Shown one piece after another: positions 32,463 through 46,254 of a stretch of DNA of 64,000 bases. The notes under the pieces are model-generated. The model was given only the letters and a program-made list of their open reading frames with translations. It did no database searches and had not been told where the DNA came from. The stretch's first letter is position 1. Each line of letters opens with the position of its first letter. Source of the stretch: Eledone cirrhosa (lineage: Eukaryota). Location: NCBI GenBank assembly GCA_964016885.1, contig OZ024755.1, forward strand, positions 8,184,001-8,248,000. Reading direction: 5' to 3'. Position numbers and translations under genes: made by a program.

Positions 32463-33024
32463 CTGAGGTACTTTGCTAAAGATGTGTAATAAAAAATATC
32501 ATAGACTGCAACACTGATTTGTCTGTCTCTATTGTTACTATTGCTTGTGATAAGCGATGACAGATCAAAGACGGTTTTTAAAACGTTTTTCGTTTCGGTA
32601 ATTTCTCATCAGAATTCTTTTGTAGCCGTTACCGGTCATTTGGGAAAAATTGATTTATGTCGACCTACTTCATTAAATGATGTTCATATAAAACTTATTA
32701 TGAACAGCAACATTTATATAAGCCAATATTTTATGTCATGAAGCCGTCACAAGGAAATATTCATTGAAAATAGTGAATCAAAATAATTTCAGATTTCAGA
32801 TATCGTTGATATCTTGATTACAAATATGTTATTACGAGACATGCCTCGAGGTCCCAACAAATAATACAAGTATTGAATGTAGTGTTCTGAAACATTCCTT
32901 GTTGGTTTGAAATTGATAAACTTGACAGAAATAATACTCAGGCTCAGTCCATGTAGCCTGTGTGCTGGAGTCACTACTAGTATACATACATACACATAAA
33001 CACCTATAGATATCCGTGTGTGTG

Positions 33025-33027
<3 letters not shown>

Positions 33028-33098
<71 letters not shown>
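33028..33098. repeat. (GA)n microsatellite
   Basis: Direct inspection. Confidence 0.95.
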
Positions 33099-33101
<3 letters not shown>

Positions 33102-35314
33102 TTGAGGCAGATAATGTATTTCTCATTGCACCAGTTTACTCAGCTGGAAACCTGAGTTGTCCCTGCAATTCAAAAAGCCAATTTTCTCACAGACTGTGAC
33201 TCACTGAATCTCCCTGAGAACTACGTTATGGGAACACGTATCTGTGGAACGCTCGGCTACTTACTTGCAAGCGGATCGGATTTCGAAACAGGCTGTTCTA
33301 TTGATAACATCAACTGCGACATTCATCGTCGGAACCGACGTAGATCCTATGACAATCAATAATAATGCAAATTTCCTATGGAATATTACATTTAATCTCT
33401 ATTACTAGAATTTCTACTTAAAGCAGAGGAAACGATTGATGAATGCGTAGTATAGCAAGTTATAAACACAGCTCATCTATTACATATTGTGATTGGTAGC
33501 TTAAATGCGTCAGATGCTCTGTAAATGTTATGCCTAAACAGCATTAGCAGATGTGTGCAACATAAGGTGTGTTAATCCTGACATAAACCTGAAATATTGT
33601 AATCAAAGAAGATTATAGAAGGTTAAACTCTGTGAATTTACACCTTTTCACATTATAAGTGTTGAAGGGAGAAAGGGTGTTAAGTAGCTGAAAAGATATA
33701 AATCCTCAACATTGTCAAAGTTAACTTTCTTCAGGTACTGTTCTTACAATTAACTCCAAAAATCTATTCCAACAGCTGAGTGGAAATCCTGAATTCTCCT
33801 TAATTACATACTTGAATGCATGGTAACACCAAGATATTCATGGTATGGTCCTAAGGGAACGTCTGTAGAAGGTAACCGCATTTCTATAGATTCCCTCTTG
33901 ATTTTCTTCCGTACATAGGGGTAGTTATCCTAAGATGAGGCCTCAGTAGTGCCTGAAATATATCTAGATAATTGAAAGTGTTTTATTATATTCACAGACA
34001 TTTTCTAGTTAAAGCAATAAAAACGTTAGTTATATCTATCTTTCATTGTTAGTTTTTAGTAAATATATTTTCCCCGTGGTATCAACAGTAATCATATTAT
34101 GTTGCAAGATTATTTCCATTAAACTCATTTTTTCTCTGAGTTGGTAGATTCTATGGAATGTAAATATTAACTTTTGATTTAATTCTTTGATTAAATGACT
34201 GAAAACAACTTCACAGCTCTACCGTTGCTAATTTATTTGCTGTGAAGTCGAAGAATAACCGTAGTAACATTATATCACATCTATATATCTCCAACGCAAA
34301 ATTTTCAGTTCATAGTGCAGGATAAAAAGCGCTGTTTTTAAATTAGAAATTAATTGGTTTACAACGAAATAGCTTACATAAATCAAGTGACGTCTCGAGT
34401 TGTACTGTAATTCAAAGAAGGCATTAACATCTGTGTATTTTCGTACGAAAAAATAAACAAACCAAAACAAACAACAAAACAAAAAATAAAAATAAAACAT
34501 CAAAAATCGAAGTATATTTCTATTTTCGATTAAAGGTTAATTATATTTTCGATAAATTCTGACGGTTCGAAATTTATTATTTATGATAGTCATTTTGAAA
34601 GAATGGCAGACATACATATTGTTTAAAATAGTTAAATTAACGTAATTTATCATTTCATTTTACTTAAACTATTTATCATGATCAGCTTTCTTGATTTTTC
34701 TCCATCTGGCTTTCATGTATTATTTGTATTTTCGTGTTTTTTTTCTGTATGTTTTTCTTCTTCTAATCAACGTATATTTATCCTTTCTTACTATCAATTG
34801 TCTCACACATAGTTTCTTTCCTCTTCTTTTACTCATTTCTTCGTTTTCCTATAACTCCTCCCCACAATTCGCTGCTCATCAATTTCCTTGATCTTGCCTT
34901 ATTTTCCTCATTTCTTTACGCGTTAAGTTGTTTTTAAAATACATTATATTACATTCCAGTTTATTTTCATTTGATCTATAGTCTTTGCCCAATGTTCTGA
35001 TTATTCTTGCTTTATTTATTTACGCATTTTTCTATTGTATTATATGGTATTTTGTGAACAATAGCGTCGGTGATTGCAAATCTCTAACAGTATAAGCTTT
35101 CTTTGGTGTTTTTTTTACGTATGTTGCGAAATTGACAGGTGAACATCTCTAACTTAGTGCAAAGCAAATATCACAAACAAATTCGCTCGAAAAGCAAATG
35201 ACGGAGATTCGTTCTGCCAAATTTCACTCGCAAGTTATTGGTGAAGCTGAGGCTATTGCAAAAGAATTTTACTCAGACACAAATCCAGAAACAAAATAGC
35301 TGCAATACGATTTA

Positions 35315-35480
35315 TTAATTGTTTCTAGTATAGGCATAAGTCCAATCAATTAAAGAGACTCGAGTACTTTACTGGAACTTTATCTTTTGATCCCAAAAGG
35401 ATGAAAGTCAAAGTTGACTCTGACGGGATTTGAATGCAGAATATAAAGAGCTAGAACAAATATTATTAAGCATTTATTCG
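35315..35480 (-). mobile_element. Old diverged SINE family A copy
   Basis: aattgtttctagtataggcataagg...ggatgaaagtcaaagttgactctgacgggatttgaa. Other old fragments lie near 1430-1530, 4370-4480, 11560-11700 and 21140-21300. Confidence 0.65.
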
Positions 35481-36876
35481 ACACTAACTATGTATTTTTA
35501 TAATGTGGCGTTGTTCTTATATTATGAGGAGTAGATTAGGGCTTTGAATTGTTGTAGTAATTGAAGCATTAAAAAAACTACCCAAGATAACATTTAACTG
35601 GCCATTCAGGAACGCGACAGCACCCATGACATTTTTCAAAGTGCGGAAGTTATCCTAGAACTGGAAATCTAATCTGAATGCTTGCAATGAATAGGATTCT
35701 TTGAAAGACATCCAAGGGCCAGGTTTGGTGTTTAACTACGCAACGGATTAGGTTTGCAATCCAAATAGGCCAGAATGAAATTTGAACTCAGGATACAAAA
35801 AAATCAGAAAAAAAAACGCAATGTATACCAGCATTTTGAAAATTCTACTAATCAACAACACTGGACTGATATCTGATTTTATCAAAAGTATGAAATACAT
35901 AGTTAACCTCGACTATATTTGAACAGAAAACGTAGAGTATCAAAATAAATACCCACAAGAAACACCACCATCGTCTTACACCGTCAGCCACTCCGTTGTC
36001 GCTTAAAACACCATAAGAAGCCCAATCCATAAATATATTTCACAATTTCTTGTTACAGATTCAATCTTTTCTCTCTTAATCTTCATAATAATTTATTAAC
36101 AAAATTGCCTTGACTTTGGCAGTTTCTCAAGGATCTAAACATAAAAATGGGAAGTGTTTCTTTTTCTGTTGTATTTATATATAGCATGCTATGGTAATCT
36201 GTGTTATATTTAGGAATACCACATCTAATAGTTTTCAGATCGAATCAATCAGTTGCATATAAGATTATATTGTAATCAGACAAAACATTACCACGGCTCA
36301 TTCTTTTTATAATGTTCATACAACGTTCAACGGGATTTCTCTTCTAATTTAAGAGTGATTAGGGACGAACATCGACATTCATTACTAATTCAATAATAAT
36401 CCATGCTGGATTCTTTTGATTTATCATTTAAATGATGAGGAAATTATAGTATCGTATTTTTTCCCTGTCCTAATTTCTTTTATTTTCCGTTTTTGCCTAT
36501 TTCTATCAATTCCCAACCAATATTTCACTGAAATATGTCAAATATATTCCGAATTACTGAATTGCATAAAACGTGATTTATGAAAATTACATTACTGATT
36601 TGATTCCAAGTCCAGCGTAGGTCGAAAATAAGGAAAAAAGAAAAGAATTGATTAAATAGAAAAAGAAGAAGAAAATTACAAAAACAAAACTATTGCCTAT
36701 TGCTAAGCATAATTTCCCCGTTCAGAGATTTCGAAGGCGCTGATTTCATTTAGAGAAGAAAACCTTAACACACACCATTACTAATAAATACAGAAACAAA
36801 GTCTCTCTATCTCTCTCTTACACACATACACATACATCCCAACACCCAACAAACATAGATATGGATATATATATAG

Positions 36877-36918
<42 letters not shown>

Positions 36919-37147
36919 AGAAATAAGTATATAGAGAGATAGATGGATGTATGGTCAAACGAAAGAAAAGAGCAATCAACATGCACCGCGTGAGGTAAAT
37001 AGATAAAATATTATTCGAAGTTGGAAAGCCACGACAATGCAGATTTGGAAGGAGAAAAATTAAAACATAAGGAACAGGGTTTGTGTTTTTTTACCTTAAT
37101 TTATTCATATGTCCTGATATTTTGAGATTAATGTCTCTTCTTCCAAG

Positions 37148-37202
37148 AAAGTTTCAGAAGATCCCGTTAAGGGTGAAAGCAGCGATTCTTTGCTTAAACT
37201 TT
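37148..37202 (+). ncRNA. Hammerhead-like fold with atypical CAGAAGA core (family B)
   Basis: Reads aaagttt-CAGAAGA-tccc-gttaa-gggt-GAAA-gcag-cgattct-ttgc-TT-aaacttt. Stem I 7 bp, stem II ccc/ggg closed by U-U, stem III gcag/ttgc plus A-U, CUU triplet. Confidence 0.5.
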
Positions 37203-37312
37203 AATCTGTTATTTTAATAAATATTTGCGCTAGGGTTCTTATATATTTGATATCTATTTATCCTTATCGAGCCCTCTTTGGATTTTAGTCTTCAAATTTA
37301 TTATTATTACTA
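37148..37312 (+). mobile_element. Family B short element, colinear copy: hammerhead-like fold plus ~110 nt ending in ATTATTAC(TA)n
   Basis: Contains, in one orientation, both segments that occur in opposite orientations at 8232-8690, 10588-10683 and 43681-43765. Ends at a (TA)n tract. Confidence 0.65.
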
Positions 37313-37407
37313 TATATATATATATATATGGGTAAAAGAAAAGGAATCATACAATATTTGTAATGTCTAAGTTTCACACAAAATTGCCAAGATAAAAATA
37401 ACTGATG

Positions 37408-37460
<53 letters not shown>

Positions 37461-38330
37461 AGGTGTTTTGTATATATTTGATGTTTGTTTATGTGTGTGT
37501 GTGTTAGTGTGTGTTTGTGTAGTACAGAAGAACCAACTGTTAAACCATCGTTCTGCATCTGTAGATGAGATAAAAGCTATCGTTATATGAATTTACTTTA
37601 CCTTACACTTATTCATACGTTATACGCTACATTGGATGGCTTGGTCTGACGCATAAAACATCTTAAGAAGTATTGGTAAATCAATGATTATATTTCACAG
37701 TATTTAAACTTCTTATATATCTTTATATAGAAGGTTTGATATTATCACTACAGAAAAGTTTAAATTATACTCGCAGTCTGTTGATATTACTGAGATAGTT
37801 CCAGTAATTATATAATATCCAGTTTATATGGAATTTATTCTATACGTAATAAAATATGCATTATATAGCTGTTTACGTGTGGTTATATAGCTAATTGTTC
37901 TATAGAAAAATTATGGAATTCGCGGACATGGTCTTGGCTGGGTGTTTGGGAATTCGCTTAACAATTATGAGGTCCCAGATTTGATTTCACTGAGTAGCAG
38001 CTTTGGCATGTGTCTTTCACATAGCCTTGTGTCAACCTAAGTACTGTAAGTTAAATTAAATAGAAGGAAACTGTATGGAATAATTTATACCAAATTTACG
38101 CTAGGGTTTAGGTGATGCGTAAGTGTTAAGGTTAATCCGGACTAATCTATTCGAAATTAGGGTTAGGGTTAGTGTTAATTCCTCGACTTTGTTTGTATGG
38201 TTGTTTATCTGAAGTCAACTACAGGAAACGTATGAAATTAGACCTTAGCTAAATTAAACTCTAATTTGGAATAACTTATTTCCGGATTATATGTTTCTCT
38301 TATTTATATTTAATTTATCATGATGGGCGT

Positions 38331-38472
38331 GAAGGCGCATGGCTTAGTGGTTAGAGCATTGGGATTGCAGTCGAAAGGTTGTGAGTTCAATTCTCGGACC
38401 GGGTGATGTGTTGTTTCCTTGAGCAAGACACTTTATTTCACGTTGCTCCAGTTTACTCAGCTGTAGAAATGA
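38331..38472 (+). mobile_element. Second tRNA-derived SINE family (head and core)
   Basis: A box TGGCTTAGTGG, B box GAGTTCAATTC, then ccttgagcaagacactttatttcacgttgctccagtttactcagctg. Related pieces at 436-610(-), 29875-29985(-), 33120-33350(+), 39208-39275(+) and 62350-62460(+). Confidence 0.75.
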
Positions 38473-41108
38473 GATGATAGTACTGGGGTCCCTATCATTA
38501 AATCACCCAAGACACCTCCAACGAGATATACTTTGAAGGAGGCCAGCTAAACCTGCATAGGTGTGAGCTGTCACACACACCCACACATCATGATCGGGAA
38601 GGACTGACCAATTTTAGAGAGGACCCCAGAATATTTTGAGTTTCGTAGAATAGAGTTAGTTACGAAGAGGTGAAGTGTTTTCGTAACAAAGTGTAGTATA
38701 CACATTATTGGACGACTTCAAACTGGTTAATACTAGTTCTAGCCAAAACCTAACTATTTACGAGAGCTGTTTTTCTTCTTTTCTTTTTATTCGATGTAGC
38801 CTCAATAAGTATGAAGGTGACGCGAGTCTGTCGGGGAGTTTAAGTGTGTGTGCAACACACAGAAAGAATTTACAGAGAATGTCATGTACTCACGCTATGT
38901 TATTATGCCTGTGTCTGTGTGTTTGTTCTGTCGTTAGTAACAAAATACTGGTTGTCAGGCACGCACGTAAAACGAGAATATCGTTTGTACACACTCACAT
39001 GCACATACACCTCCATGAGTAGATACACACATACTCATGTATACAGACTCACACACACACCTCCCTCACACACTCACGTATATGGAAAAAGAGCATCGAT
39101 GCTTTGTGTCTGTTTTTCGTCTTTGATTGTCCGCATCACTGACCATATATATATGTGTGTGTATGTGTGTGCGTGTGTGTGAATCTATGTGAGCGCGTGA
39201 ATTGACTCGGCGTGTGGCTTAGTGATTAGGTTGCTCTGTTCACAACAGTAAAGTCATGAGTTCCATTCCTGCCTGTACCTGTCGGTACGTTATGTCTATA
39301 GTCTGGCTCATATACAATGCAATGTCCTTTCGTTTCCTGATCCCGTAATACTACAACAGCGTTTGCTCTTCTCGAGCTACTAGATACTTAACATTTTCAT
39401 CCACGTTCATCTGACTAAATCCGTCCCTCCTACCGCTGTCACCTCCTACACATTAGCTTGCAATATTTCACACAATTCCTCCACATAACAATACTAAATA
39501 AAGCTTCTTATCGCGGATTTTCATGAAATAGACCTCCTTCGGCTTCGACCATGAGTGTTCCTGCTCAAGAAATTAACTTGTGAGAGATTGAGAATTCTAA
39601 AGACACTCGTATACTTAATGTAATTCCCAAGGAGATTTAGCGTGCCATAGTCTGTGATACACTGGCCCCTTGAATTACAGGTACACTCCATTCGATGAGC
39701 TCCCATATAGTTTACGTCAACAAAATTTCAACCACAAAGTTTTGATCACCGTAAATGACATTCACCAACGATACCCCGCAGTGAGAGCGAACCTGGACCT
39801 ATTGATTACAAAACCAACTTCATAAACATTTGGCTATGCTGAGTTCATTACCGCCTTCATATTCCTAAGGAAAAGGTGTTCAATTTCAATATAAGACTCA
39901 TCAATCTTACCTGTCAAGGAGAGCTATCAAAGGTAATGAGAAGATTTGCCACTCCTATTCTGGCTAGTTCATGAAATGAAAGAAGGCTTTTATTGTTATT
40001 AATTTTTTTTCTGTTCATAATTGGAAAATAACCTAGCAATAAGCTCACCATCAAAATTCCTTGGACGAATATTTCAGTATTTTAGAGCCGTATAATAAAT
40101 ATATTAAGAATTGTAATAAATAAATTCTATTCATTAAAATGAATTAGAATTTCATTTTGACATTTAATAATAAATTTCAAATTTATTCTTTTTTCTTTTT
40201 CCTAATCTAATTTTCCTGTATTGTAACTGAAAAGTTGGCTTCTTTTTAGGTTTGAAAAGAAAAAAAAAATGAACTCTCGTAGATTTATCAAGGGAGAGCA
40301 AACGATGGCAGTTCATTAATAGAAATGAAATAGGCCAGCTACTACAGAAATATAACTGATGCTTCCAAGTAAATGGAAAATAAATATTTGAAGCTATTCT
40401 ATTTGACGATACATACATCGGTAATTTCGTGAAATAAGATGGAAAATTGAATTTTTCGTTAGATGATGGCCTATCGCTTTGGCATAGGGGATGGAGGCTA
40501 GTTGGTAGGGGGAGAGGGGGAGACAAATGTCTCAGAAATCGATTGAAAATTGATACCAATTCCCTAAGGTGGGCAGCTTTTCCTTTATCGAACATTTAGG
40601 TGAAAAAGTCTTGAAGCTGATTAATGTGTTTTCAGTTTATATAATACTAGAAATTAATGCTGAAAGTAGGCATCGGCACCATATGCTGCAGTTGATTTGT
40701 ATGGAACGCCATCTAGTATTCATAGAGTGAATAATAAAACAAATGCTATCTGGATGCAATTAAATTTTAGTTACATTTGACTTAAGTAAAAGCTATTTCT
40801 AGTATTGTTATATATTTATCGTATTTTTTATTCATTCTGAATATATTGCTATCAATATAGTAAATAGCTAAAATTATAAACTTCTTCTTTTGAATAATTG
40901 CTTGGAGTATGTCATTTAGTGTACACTTTCATCATTTAATTTATATTTTAGAAAATTACCAGTAGAAGCCATTCACTAATGTTAATAAAATAAATATTAT
41001 TACCAAATTTGAAATGCTATTATGTGGAGCGTAAAGTAATTCATATATATATATAATATAAAACGACCAATTTTAATATATATACATATATATATATATA
41101 TATATTTA

Positions 41109-41138
41109 TTGGATTTTAGTCTTCAAATTTATTATTAT

Positions 41139-41144
<6 letters not shown>
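41109..41144 (+). mobile_element. Family B 3' end fragment
   Basis: ttggattttagtcttcaaatttattattattacta between (TA)n tracts. Confidence 0.6.
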
Positions 41145-41187
<43 letters not shown>

Positions 41188-41744
41188 TATGTATAATTAT
41201 AGAATTTGATTTCTTTTCATAATTCATTAGAATAGGTAGCATCGAAATATTACAAGCTAAGTACATATTCCCATAATGTTTATGGAAGAGCTATATATTA
41301 TTCATCCCAGAATATCCACCGAATCGATACACTCTCATTAGATTCACGATGAGATGAGATACAAATGTGATTCAAATGTTAAATACGTTTGCTTCAGGAT
41401 TATATCTTGCTATACTTATCCCACTTATCTACTCTGAAAAGGAAAATCGCATTTATTAGTGCCGAGTGGGATTGAACTTTCTTTTAAAAGTACAAAATTA
41501 AATATCGTTATGTATATTGCGTAGTAGTCTATCATCATTTCTACCATGATAGATACCCTCTCATCGATTTCAATGTATGGCTAAAATAAACCAATGTTCT
41601 ACACATTGTTTGGAATAAACAACGACTGGCATTTAGACCCGCCTTCTAGACAGAATCATTGTTATACACCTATGAAGAGACAATACGTCTAAAATAAATA
41701 AAGGAATAATAGAATGTGAGTTACACGTTATTACTTTCACAGCG

Positions 41745-41961
41745 AAGCTTGGATCCACCATGGACTCTTTCGGCCTCCACCCACTAGCTGTCTCCAATGC
41801 CATGCTGATCTTAACGGGATCATAAAGTATGGCTTGTACATCACAGTCTACCTTTCTCAGCTCGAGCTAGAGGGCCTGGAGCAAAGGGAATTTAGAAGAC
41901 CAGACGGAATAACATTCTACTATTGTTATCATCCAGGGCAACATTTTCTCCCTTCTATCTG
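41745..41961 (+). pseudogene. Fragment of a non-LTR retrotransposon with restriction-like endonuclease (CRE-like)
   Basis: MDSFGLHPL, then after a frameshift CHADLNGIIKYGL...SQLELEGLEQREFRRPDGITF. Resembles the zinc-knuckle, RH and RPD region of RLE domains. Confidence 0.6.
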
Positions 41962-42191
41962 ATAGGACCATGAGGCGGCCTACACATGGGCCATCACACA
42001 TACTGGAGAACTTTCCCCCATTCCATCCGAGCCCACATTACAGGGGTGGCGATGTTGAGTTGTATTGTCAGCTGTGAGACACGTTACACTAAAGAAAATA
42101 ACATCACATAAAAGGTTACTGACTTAGCATTTTACAGATTAAAAATAAATATACTTAACTTTTATAATATAAGCCATGTTTCGCATAAATA

Positions 42192-42602
42192 TATAATTGT
42201 TTCTACTTTTGGCACAAGGCCAGCAATTAGCCAGTGTATTACTGGTACTTTATTTTATCGACCCCGTAAGGATGAAAGGCAAAGTTAACCTCGGCGGGAT
42301 TTGAACTCATAATGGAAAAGGTCGTAACTCTTTGCGTTAAAGCTGGCGTCCGACCCTCTACCGATACTGCCAATCGCATAAATATATAATGGTTTCTAGT
42401 ATAGGCACAGTACCAGCAATTTTGGGGGAGGGGAAAGTCGATCAAATCGAACCCAGTGCGGGACTGGGACTTTATTTTATCTACCTCGTAAGGATGAATG
42501 TCAAAGTTAACCTCGGCGGGATCTGAACTCAGATTATAAGGGGCTGTAACTCTACACTGCAAAGCATGGTGTCCGACTCTCTACCGATAGTGCCAATCCA
42601 CC
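42192..42602 (-). mobile_element. Tandem dimer of SINE family A (short plus long)
   Basis: The short copy is flanked by tcgcataaatatataat at 42181-42197 and 42374-42390. Confidence 0.85.
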
Positions 42603-43387
42603 ATATAATACTTAATACATATAAACAGTTTTATGACATCAGCATTTAACATTTATATAGACTGCTTCATATATAGATAACAACCTAGAGTGAACGAATC
42701 TAGAATAAGATAACGATATTTTCATCGAGAAGGGTAACATGCTAGGGAGTTTATAATATTTCACAACTGACGGAACAGTATCTGATATTCGAAAATGAAA
42801 TATAGCCTATACAGTCTATAGCTAATATGTCAAGCAACACATGAATACGCAGCTTTCATGCAAGATTAATTTTGCGTAGCTCGAAAACGAAGAAGCGATT
42901 TAATTCACACTGCCGATGCTCCCGTGGCAGGAATAAATGCCATAACACTAATTTTCCACTTACTAGAAATCAATGAAGATCTATTACTCTTTTAGAGGTA
43001 CATTTATTCATACAGGAGCAAGTAAATAACCATTAACACATGTAGAGTAGGGATATTTTCTAACGTATTCATAGATAAAATGTATGGATGTTAAGAATAA
43101 ATATAATTGCTTTTATATGATGTGTATGATATGGAAAGCAGCCACGTTAAGGAAATATCAAATGGCGCCTACCTTTTCGGATGTGTTTATTACTGCTTAC
43201 ATGCAGACAGGACCCCATTTATTTAAATGAATCTTTCCCCGAACACCCAGCCTCTATACTCTATAGTTACTTCCTTTCCAGATTAACATAAAGTGAGAAC
43301 AACAATCAATACTTAGAAAAGTATATATATATATATATATCTATATATATACTTTTCTAAGTATATATATATATACAATATATATAC

Positions 43388-43420
<33 letters not shown>

Positions 43421-43543
43421 CATATATATACATATATATATATTATGAAAGTAAAACAAAGAAGCCTTCAATACATCAAAAGTCTACATATATATATATA
43501 CATATATATATATACATATATATATATACATATATATATATAC

Positions 43544-43591
<48 letters not shown>

Positions 43592-43623
43592 ATATATACA
43601 TATATATATATACATATATATAC

Positions 43624-43668
<45 letters not shown>

Positions 43669-43680
43669 CATATATATATA

Positions 43681-43765
43681 TTAAAATAACAGATTAAAGT
43701 TTAAGCAAAGAATTGCTGCTTTCACCCTTAACGGATTTTAGTCTTCACATTTAATATTATCACTA
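43681..43765. mobile_element. Family B element, inverted 5' part fused to 3' end
   Basis: ttaaaataacagattaaag...cccttaacgga is joined to ttttagtcttcacatttaatattatcacta, within (TA)n. Confidence 0.7.
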
Positions 43766-45054
43766 TATATATATACATATATAAGGAAGAGAAATCGAAA
43801 ATGCAACTAGAGCCTTTTTAAGAATATTTATTTGTTTCCTTCGGTCCGCGTGGGTGGATATGTATGTTGAGGGTCGAATCACCCAATGAACGTTTGAGAT
43901 CGTCTGATGACATCAATGTCTCCTGGACAAGGATATATACACCGAAGGTGAATGAATATGAGGCATCTTCTTGTAGATGTAATTATAACTATATATATAA
44001 ACCTATATATATAATTTTGAATGTTTAAATAATTTGAAATATGTGTTTCAAAGAGCTGCTTAATTCCTTCTGGGTGTATGGCTAGGCTTGGGCTTTGAAT
44101 TACTGGCATAGCTCACCCGACAGGCTTTCAAAGAGCTCCTCTATTTCCAGTTTCATTCACAAAGCATTGTCGATCTGAGTCTAACACAGATGACGTTTCC
44201 CAAGATGCCATGTAATGGGATCGATCCATGTACATGGTGATTACAAAAAAACCTCTTAACTATTCGGTCATACTTCATCCTAGTTAATTCAAACCCTAAC
44301 CCTAACCCTATTGTTGTGATATATGGAGGATTACATCTTAGTAATTGCTTTCTAGGTGTCAAGTTTTAGAAGATTACATAAATCTTATTGCTCTAATTGT
44401 GCGGAAGAATTGTTTGGTGACGTCTACAAGGAATTCATACTCTGTCATCAGATAGGGTTCCTCTTTTTGTATTGCAATCACAACGGTAACACATCCCTTG
44501 CTAGTCTAGTAGAGGGAAGTAGATTTTTATGTTTTATGTGTTTACTTGTCAGCCTGTTAACCGTTACCTCGTATAAGTTTCCGTAAGCAATATTATACCT
44601 ATAGCAACGAGGAATAAAATGCTTGTTTATGCAATCTCTTCCAATCCCTTTGATCCGACTTTCTCTATCATAAAGAGATTATTTCTCTGTACAAAAATTA
44701 CGTAACGCAACTCATCTGAATAATCGAATTTCTGCATGAATCTCATGACCATATCTTATTTTAATCTGCTTTACGTATACAATGTAGAATTATCTTTGAT
44801 ATCAAGTACAGAAGAGGATTATTTCAGTCCACCGAAAATGAATAATTATCTTATAGATATTAAACGATTAATACTTGGAGTAATATATGGGTGCCCCAGT
44901 TTTAAATATAATGCCACAAAAACTTTATTGTTCCACTTTATATTGAGAAATAACTCTATACACGAATTCGTAACTGAATTCATTCTTAAGAAAACTACTC
45001 AGACTGGAGTAAAATAATATGGTTTTATTTAGGCTTATATTTTATGGTAGTCCT

Positions 45055-45275
45055 CTAATACAGACATGTATCTCGCCACAACTCCCTGTTTAAAACAAGC
45101 CACCAGTGCATAGAAGAGTGATGAAGAGCCAGACAAATATATCCTGGTCTCACATCATTAACGACTGGAGAAAGCTCAACACTTACTGTGACTCTTCTCC
45201 GTACGACGCAGCACAGACAGATGTGAAAGTTGTTGTCTGCCAGAAAGTCTAGAGTAGCCCCCGACTGACTGTCAT
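45055..45275 (+). mobile_element. RTE-type LINE 3' coding fragment
   Basis: RHVSRHNSLFKTSHQ resembles RTE GHV.RH.SL.KTILQG; degenerate downstream. Confidence 0.5.
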
Positions 45276-45497
45276 ATTTATGAGAGATGATAATCCATTA
45301 CTTTAAGGCAGGAAGAGCTGTGTCTTAGACCCCTTACAGGGCTACCGAGCCCAATGACCACTAATATTACTCCAAGGCAATATGGTGCCGTGAGAATGGG
45401 GGTGAGATAAAACCTACAAAGTGAACTTGTAAAACTATTAATGATAAAAGATAAATATACATCAAATATGAGAATTGAACAGAAAGGAATAGACGCC

Positions 45498-45559
<62 letters not shown>

Positions 45560-45624
45560 GTACATGAATCAATACTTTAATTTATATTTAATTTATATAG
45601 TCTATTCTATGTGGCTGTGGCCCT

Positions 45625-45661
<37 letters not shown>

Positions 45662-46254
45662 TATAATTTTCAATATTTCGGACCTAAGGTTGTTCTACGG
45701 TTATTGTTCTTCCTTATCGGGAAAGTACAGAAATTTAACTCTTCTGTTGCTGATCAAGGGCAATATTGAACACAAAACGAAATACTATCTCTCCAAATAA
45801 TTCGATAATAAAGATAAATGCTAGGCCGAACCTATTGATGTTTATATTGAATGCCCAGTGCACACCTTGTGACCTGTGTGTACTTGGCAACGATATTACT
45901 ATACAAATCAATACTTTAATCTATATAGTCTTTTCTATGTGGCTTGTGGCATAGGGGATATAAATTAATAGACCTCCATCGGTTTAGACGAAGATTGTTC
46001 CAGTTGTTTGTTATAATTATATCATATTGAACATATCTTTCTGATTCAGGCACAAGGGCAACACTTTTGGAGGGGGGGGGGGGTTGATTAAATCGACCCC
46101 AGTGTATTTACCTGATCGGTAAATTTAAATATGACAGAACTGTACACAGATATTTGTAGCCTTAACATCATTCTTAGAGAGATACTTCGTAGTACAAGCA
46201 CAGGCCATTGAAATTACTGATACAGATCAACTCGTATTATAATTGTAGAGACTA

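Noticed and set aside
38157-38172. TTAGGG telomere-like repeats (also 44293-44310 on minus)
   Set aside because: Only about three units; too short to call an interstitial telomere.
38331-38402. tRNA gene
   Set aside because: A and B boxes are present but there is no convincing cloverleaf or acceptor stem, and it continues into a SINE core found elsewhere in the window.
40164-40595. 143 aa non-repetitive ORF on minus
   Set aside because: No recognisable domain, runs into A/T tracts, no splice or homology support.
41745-41763. HindIII-BamHI-Kozak string aagcttggatccaccatgg suggesting vector or primer contamination
   Set aside because: The ATG frame stops after 21 codons, there is no other vector sequence, and it lies inside the retrotransposon relic; probably coincidence.
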